DNA from: Promethearchaeota archaeon
GTDB taxonomy: Archaea; Asgardarchaeota; Heimdallarchaeia; Hodarchaeales; Hodarchaeaceae
Assembly: GCA_048938105.1 (NCBI GenBank)
Contig: JBHLMN010000003.1
Coordinates: forward strand, 96,001-160,000
DNA: 64,000 nucleotides
Reading direction: 5' to 3'
Shown: one piece after another, positions 58,676-64,000 of the stretch
Position numbering within the stretch: position 1 is the stretch's first letter
Layout of the letters: the number at the start of each line of letters is the position of its first letter
Notes under the pieces: model-generated
What the model saw: the letters and a program-made list of their open reading frames with translations, nothing else
The model's database searches: none
What the model was told of the DNA's origin: nothing
Program-made: the position numbers and the translations under genes

Positions 58676-59842
58676 TTGAATGTAAATGCAAAAAGTGAAC
58701 AGAATCGGTTCTATCTCATAACTGTTGATCTATTGAAAGGATTCTCGATCTTTCCCATGATTTTTGGGCATTTTATTGGATGGTGGGATAATTCAATGGC
58801 TGTTAATTATGAGGAAAACGGCCTTCTCGTATCAATTATTATGATCTTAGGGTTGATGGTTTTCCCATGTTTTCTTTTCATCTATGGGTTCAATCAAGTT
58901 AATTCTTTTTTGAAACGAAGAGGAGATGTCTCAAATCGGCACAAGATTAGATCTCGTGCCATAAAACGAAGTATAATTTTCCTTATTTTCTTAGTTTTCA
59001 CAATGATAATAATGGCATTTTCTAGAGGAGAACCAGAAAAAATGCTCAATTATATTTTTAATTGGCACCTGTTTCATCTTTTTGCTTTTTCTACACTCTT
59101 TTTCCTTCTTATGTGGGAACTCGCATGTTGGATTGAAGAGAAAATTAATGGTTACTGGAGTTCGCAACAATGTTTAACTATCATTCTATTATTAAATTTC
59201 ATACTAGTTATCACCCTTTTCTTTTTATTCCATGATTATATGATAAAACAACCAGTGGGTTTTCCAGTACAATCTGAAATCAAAAGGATTATTGAATACG
59301 CTCTTCTTGATATTTCAACTAGTGGAGTGATTCCATGGCTTTCATTCCCGTTAGCTGGTGGCATTACTGCTTCCTTTCTCGATTTAAATAACATCCATAA
59401 AATTCGTGCTACTGAAAAATCAGTTATAATATTAAGTGCTAACTTAGCTTTCCTGGCCGTTGGGCTATTGTATTTAGCAGAAGAAAGATTTATCTCTCAC
59501 GGGATAGGATATACGTCATCTTTTTCTCATATATTCATTTCAATTGGATTAATCGGTTTTGTTTTTATGATAATAGTTTTATTACTTGATATCAACCAAA
59601 AAATCCCTCGTAAATCTGCCATTAGACTATTCTATCCTATAATCATTGTCAGTAAGATTTCTCTAACTGTTTATCTGATTCATCCTGTTTTTGGAGTCCT
59701 CAATCCTTCACTTATCCCTTCTAAATTAGTGTTAATGTTACTAGCATCTCTTTACAGTCTATTTTTTGTAATTTTAGCTCATTTTTGGCAAAAGTGGGAT
59801 TTCAAATATAGTTTTGAATGGATTATCAAAGAATTCTCTTGA
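58676..59842 (+). CDS. Membrane acyltransferase-like protein (HGSNAT/DUF1624/DUF418-like)
   Basis: VDLLKGFSIFPMIFGH, FLFIYG, IPW, SLTVYLIH, SFEW. Confidence 0.75.
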   Translation: MNVNAKSEQNRFYLITVDLLKGFSIFPMIFGHFIGWWDNSMAVNYEENGLLVSIIMILGLMVFPCFLFIYGFNQVNSFLKRRGDVSNRHKIRSRAIKRSIIFLIFLVFTMIIMAFSRGEPEKMLNYIFNWHLFHLFAFSTLFFLLMWELACWIEEKINGYWSSQQCLTIILLLNFILVITLFFLFHDYMIKQPVGFPVQSEIKRIIEYALLDISTSGVIPWLSFPLAGGITASFLDLNNIHKIRATEKSVIILSANLAFLAVGLLYLAEERFISHGIGYTSSFSHIFISIGLIGFVFMIIVLLLDINQKIPRKSAIRLFYPIIIVSKISLTVYLIHPVFGVLNPSLIPSKLVLMLLASLYSLFFVILAHFWQKWDFKYSFEWIIKEFS

Positions 59843-60082
59843 GGAATTATATAGTGTTACTATAATCATTTTATTCATAGAAGAATTCCAGTAGATTAAT
59901 TTCTTATTGGCTATTCTTTAAATAAAATTATTCTCTAAAGCACTTTAATAATAATACTGATCAGGTGTTGCCTTCTTATCTTAAAAGAGCTTAGAAATAA
60001 TCCATCGATTTTCTAAAAAGATTTTTAGGAAAGATCAGATTAGAGGTTTTATGAGCTTCAGCTTTATTCTGATGAGATAATC

Positions 60083-60622
60083 ATGGCAAATAATAATCCA
60101 GAAAAGTCAGAGTCGGATCCTGTACAGAAACTGGCCAATCGGAGCAAAAATCGTGTTAAGTTGGACGCTAAAAGACTTACTCAGTTGTGGATTAATGCTG
60201 AAAAAGAGATTAAAGAGGCATATTCTCAGGATTCTCTGAGAAAAAAGGAGGAATTCTCGAAAAGACGTAAGTGGAAAAGGATAACACCCCCAAATCCTAA
60301 GATCCTAGCTAAATGGTGGCAAGAGGCCGATAACCATATTCGATTAGCTCATCCTCACGAGAGCCTGAAGATTCGCCAGGAACTAACCGAAAAATACGTC
60401 CTTTCTCGACTTAAAAAGCATTTAGAGAAACAGAAACAGTATAAAGAACCTCATCCAGAGGAAAAACAGATCTCTGAATGGTATGATGAAGAATTATTAA
60501 AACTACGCGAGGAAATCCCTCACAAACCTTTGAAGGAACGGGAAAAAATCGCTTCCGCAATTGTAGAAGAGAAAATTAGACAATATAGAAAAACTATAAG
60601 ACTAGATGAATTTCTTGATTAA
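60083..60622 (+). CDS. Basic helical protein with three internal repeats
   Basis: W...E..I/L...P..L K..E unit seen three times. Confidence 0.7.
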   Translation: MANNNPEKSESDPVQKLANRSKNRVKLDAKRLTQLWINAEKEIKEAYSQDSLRKKEEFSKRRKWKRITPPNPKILAKWWQEADNHIRLAHPHESLKIRQELTEKYVLSRLKKHLEKQKQYKEPHPEEKQISEWYDEELLKLREEIPHKPLKEREKIASAIVEEKIRQYRKTIRLDEFLD

Positions 60623-60660
60623 ATTTTAAAATAAGGTGTCTGGAAAAATAAATGTGATTT

Positions 60661-61263
60661 ATGATGAGTAATCACCCCGAAATATCTAAAAAACTGGTAT
60701 GCAAGGAATATTTAAGGCAACAGATTTATGTCGATCCAGATATCATCATTGACCGAATGAACACAATCAAATTTCAAGCACCAGGTTCAGGGAAAGTCAT
60801 CAATGAAATGATTAGGATTTTTTGCTTTCATGCAGAAAAATATAAGTTTAAAACTGAACCAGCTCCATATATTGCCTTCATTGAGGATTTAGCTGAAGAA
60901 TTAGGATTTGAAAGTCAAATTGCTGTTACTCATTTTCTCAAAAGATATAAAGATATGCAGAAAGGGAAGGTATTTGATCAATCGATTTATTTCATGACGG
61001 TACTTTCAAGTATTATTGAATCTTTTCAAAATAAAGTAATAAGTAGGCTTTCATTACGCTTGAAAAGAAAGTATACCAAAAAAACCAATAAAGAAATCGG
61101 AGATAAATTTGAAGTGTTATTTCAGAGTTCAAACTCGACATTTGGTCTATTAGTTAATATAGAGATCTTAAAAGAAATGGGGAGGCTCATTGGAGTTGAG
61201 ATGGATCCAATAATGACGGACTCTTTCGAGGAGGAATTGATCACTGTTTTAGATAACATCTAA
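60661..61263 (+). CDS. Hypothetical helical protein
   Basis: 200-aa ATG ORF in the same-strand run, no competing ORF. Confidence 0.7.
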   Translation: MMSNHPEISKKLVCKEYLRQQIYVDPDIIIDRMNTIKFQAPGSGKVINEMIRIFCFHAEKYKFKTEPAPYIAFIEDLAEELGFESQIAVTHFLKRYKDMQKGKVFDQSIYFMTVLSSIIESFQNKVISRLSLRLKRKYTKKTNKEIGDKFEVLFQSSNSTFGLLVNIEILKEMGRLIGVEMDPIMTDSFEEELITVLDNI

Positions 61264-61287
61264 TATTGTACAAAAGGACACCATATC

Positions 61288-62010
61288 ATGACGTATCGTT
61301 TATATCTCAAGGATTGTTACATTCGTGATTTTAACGCAAAAATCGCGGAGATAACTCCGAAAGGAATCACATTAAATCAATCTGCCTTCTATCCTGAAGG
61401 AGGAGGACAGTTAGGAGACCGAGGAGTGATAGAATGGGAAGAAGGGGAAACTTCTGTAATTAATACTCATCAAAGGCAAGGGAAAATTATTCACGAATTA
61501 GAATCCATTGAAGGGTTGAATGAAGGAATGCAAATTAAAGGAAAACTCGATTGGTCTCGTAGATATCAGCAAATGCGCGCTCATACCGCACAACATTGTA
61601 TCAGCCGTTTTTTTCAAGTCAATTATCAAGCTGAAACCGTCAGTAACCAGCTAAAAACGACATCAAATAGATTAGATCTCTCCCCTTTACATAAAATTCC
61701 TTCTAAAGAACTGAATAAGATTTCAAATAAGATTAATGACCTAATATCGACTAACATGCCTGTAATAATTTCTTTCCTCCCTCGTGACGAAGCAATTAGC
61801 TTTCTCAAAGAAAAAAAGTATCAAACACATTACCTTAACATGGTTCCAAAGTCTGTTCAAGAATTTCGGATTATATCTATTAATGATTATGATTGGGCTG
61901 CCTGTGCGGGAACCCACGTTAAGAATACATCTGAATGTGGCCATATTTCCTTGTATAAGACTGTAAATAAAGGAAAATTACGTGAAAGAGTGTATTATTC
62001 TTTAACCTAA
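61288..62010 (+). CDS. alaX: Alanyl-tRNA editing protein AlaX (AlaX-M)
   Basis: FYPEGGGQLGDRG, HTAQH and CAGTHV zinc ligands. Confidence 0.93.
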   Translation: MTYRLYLKDCYIRDFNAKIAEITPKGITLNQSAFYPEGGGQLGDRGVIEWEEGETSVINTHQRQGKIIHELESIEGLNEGMQIKGKLDWSRRYQQMRAHTAQHCISRFFQVNYQAETVSNQLKTTSNRLDLSPLHKIPSKELNKISNKINDLISTNMPVIISFLPRDEAISFLKEKKYQTHYLNMVPKSVQEFRIISINDYDWAACAGTHVKNTSECGHISLYKTVNKGKLRERVYYSLT

Positions 62011-62110
62011 TGTGTAAATAATTACATTAATTGTTTTAAAGGGAATTATTCTTACCCGTAATTGCTTCAACATTAAATTACAGAATAAATAGGGCATTAT
62101 CAACTAATGA

Positions 62111-64000
62111 TTGAGCTTGATCAAAGTGCAAACTGTTTCAAATGGGATGTTTAATGTTGGTTTTGGGTGTCAAATTTCAAAAGACCAAATAGTACTAAAT
62201 CCAGACCATGATTGGTTCCGTGAGAATCTTAAACCTTATTATATTATTACTAAGGACTATCAATATCTTTTTGGTTCAACTCAACCAGGAAGACGCCCAG
62301 ATAGAGCATATTATATGGTTCCAGAAGGATATCGCCTTGGGAAGGGGCAAAAACCATTTGACCGTGAACGAGGAAAAAAACTCTATGAGGTTGTCCTTCG
62401 GTACCTAAAAGAAGAAAAAATACCAATCATAGTACAAGATGGCATTCAAGGGGAACATGGGTATGAAGTAGGACTTAGAGTAATCATTAGTGTCAAAAAT
62501 ATGCATAATGCTTACATTGGATGGTTCGGGAAGCTTATGATTTTCCCTCCAAAAGAGAACCAACACATTGATTGCTGGAATTTTGTGATTCAGGAAAATT
62601 TACCTTTGGAATATGTCAATGAGATCCGCAAATTCTTCCCCACTTTTGATCCAAAGGAACCCATTACTCTTTATGATTTTACTGAGATGGATCAAAACTG
62701 TCGGCGTGTTATGAGCTTGAGAGTCGATTATTTCGGTGGAGCTTATAAGAAACCCAATCTCACTTTAGTTTGGAATAAAGCCGAATCAGATGGCTATATA
62801 TCTTATCATGCTGGAATGACTTTTGATAGGGTTATTAAAGGACTTTCTGGAACTGGAAAGACAACTTTAACTGTTGGGCCAAAATTAGAGCAAGATGATG
62901 CCTGTGTGGGCAAGTTAATTCGAAATTCTGAAACAAATAAGATTGAAAAAGTGCAATTAATTGGCTTAGAAGCAGCTTCGTATGCTAAATCTCAAGATCT
63001 AGGGCCAAAAAGTCCAGAATGGCCAGGCCTTATGAAATCCCGTGAAATTGACGAAAATGGTAACCGACCAGTTGTACTTGCTCAAAACATTGACTGTGAA
63101 AATGTTGAATATCATTTCAAGAAAATTAATGATTATACGGTGAAAATACCAGAAGTAAAACCAGAAGTAAAACAAGGTTCTTTGACATGTACTCAATATC
63201 ATAGTTCTGGGACAACAAACGGTCGTTTCATTTTTCTTTTTTCTGAATTGAATAAAAATTGGGGAAAAAATGCCACCCCTCGTTATCTTAAAACAGTTGT
63301 CCTTTCTATGAAACGTTTCGACTTACTTGATCCAATGTTTCGTGTTACGGATCCAGTACTTGCCACAGCTCTTGATTCAGCAGTAGAATCAATTATTACT
63401 TCAGCTGTGGCAGAACAAAAACCAGGAACGCGTGTTCGTTCCTACGCTGCAACAGATTTCATGGCACGAGAACATTGTCACCAAGCATTATTGAAAATGG
63501 AAATGTATAGAGACCTTGGGCTAGGCCTTGATGGAAAATTAGTGTTCTTGGTGTCAAATGCGGGAGCTATTGGTGAACACGACATCAATGGGAACCAAAT
63601 CCGCATTAAAGATAAGAATGGAGAATTTATCCCCAAGATTGACTCTAATACTGGAAAAATTTTGAAGAATGAATTAGGTGAGATCGTTTATCAAGGGCAG
63701 GGTGAAAAAATCACAGTTCAAGACACTAAGAAGCTGTTAGATCTCGGAGAACATAGGAAAATATCGAGTTGGATTCCCCATCCTGTATATAGCGATAGTA
63801 TTCTACTACCTGATCCTAGGGAACTGGAAACAAAATGGGGAATGGAAAATTTCGGAAGACGCTTCAATCGTTTACGATATTACACTGTAGGCCAGTTCAT
63901 TGATTTTACACTGAGAGATATCAACGAACGTACACAATTTCTTAAGGATTTATTCAAAGGACAGGAGTGTGGAGCAGAGTTAGATGAAGTTATTCACATA
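62111..64000 (+). CDS. pckA: ATP-dependent phosphoenolpyruvate carboxykinase-like protein, 3'-truncated (absent from ORF track)
   Basis: Open frame from TTG 62111 (or GTG 62126 / ATG 62147) to the window end; PGRRP, YFGGAYKK, SYHAG, GLSGTGKTTLT, EQDD, EAASYAK, TTNGR. Confidence 0.8.
   Translation, partial: MSLIKVQTVSNGMFNVGFGCQISKDQIVLNPDHDWFRENLKPYYIITKDYQYLFGSTQPGRRPDRAYYMVPEGYRLGKGQKPFDRERGKKLYEVVLRYLKEEKIPIIVQDGIQGEHGYEVGLRVIISVKNMHNAYIGWFGKLMIFPPKENQHIDCWNFVIQENLPLEYVNEIRKFFPTFDPKEPITLYDFTEMDQNCRRVMSLRVDYFGGAYKKPNLTLVWNKAESDGYISYHAGMTFDRVIKGLSGTGKTTLTVGPKLEQDDACVGKLIRNSETNKIEKVQLIGLEAASYAKSQDLGPKSPEWPGLMKSREIDENGNRPVVLAQNIDCENVEYHFKKINDYTVKIPEVKPEVKQGSLTCTQYHSSGTTNGRFIFLFSELNKNWGKNATPRYLKTVVLSMKRFDLLDPMFRVTDPVLATALDSAVESIITSAVAEQKPGTRVRSYAATDFMAREHCHQALLKMEMYRDLGLGLDGKLVFLVSNAGAIGEHDINGNQIRIKDKNGEFIPKIDSNTGKILKNELGEIVYQGQGEKITVQDTKKLLDLGEHRKISSWIPHPVYSDSILLPDPRELETKWGMENFGRRFNRLRYYTVGQFIDFTLRDINERTQFLKDLFKGQECGAELDEVIHI

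Noticed and set aside
63148-63173. 12-nt tandem repeat ACCAGAAGTAAA x2
   Set aside because: In-frame coding duplication within the PEPCK gene; not a CRISPR or mobile-element repeat
352-63202. Numerous 60-116 aa ORFs antisense to or nested in long genes (e.g. 352, 2203, 4075, 5874, 14217, 36499, 38242, 43498, 58054, 62208, 62999)
   Set aside because: Shadow ORFs overlapping well-supported CDS, with no motifs
1-64000. tRNA/rRNA genes, CRISPR arrays, transposases, integrases, defence islands
   Set aside because: Intergenic gaps are short and AT-rich with no GC-rich cloverleaf, regular repeat-spacer pattern or recombinase motifs seen by eye; a tRNAscan/Infernal run would be needed to exclude small RNAs

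Overview
AT-rich, gene-dense archaeal chromosomal segment with about 50 CDS. No rRNA, tRNA, CRISPR array or mobile element was seen. The gene content points to an Asgard archaeon (Heimdallarchaeia/Hodarchaeales-like is my inference): aIF-1A, two Rab-like small GTPases, a longin+roadblock fusion, large alpha-solenoids and frequent TTG starts behind GGAG Shine-Dalgarno (SD) motifs. Housekeeping and metabolic genes include ileS, alaX, tmk, gpmI, cobB, bcp, a GH57 glucanotransferase, a MoxR/DUF58 operon and a 3'-truncated ATP-PEPCK that the ORF track missed. The most notable items are: (1) candidate eukaryote-like membrane-trafficking parts, namely a compact full DENN-like protein, a HEAT + mu-homology + Ig coat/adaptor-like protein, a GTPase/longin-roadblock pair, a lipase-C2-like fusion and a PSAP-bearing Cys-rich RDD protein; (2) a three-gene SAM methyltransferase / HgcA-like / HgcB-like corrinoid methyl-transfer module with a non-canonical cap helix; (3) a circularly permuted iPGM; (4) an IleRS with a GVHT signature in place of HIGH; (5) apparent ACG and ATT initiation codons. 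All family assignments come from motif recognition by eye; no database search was run.
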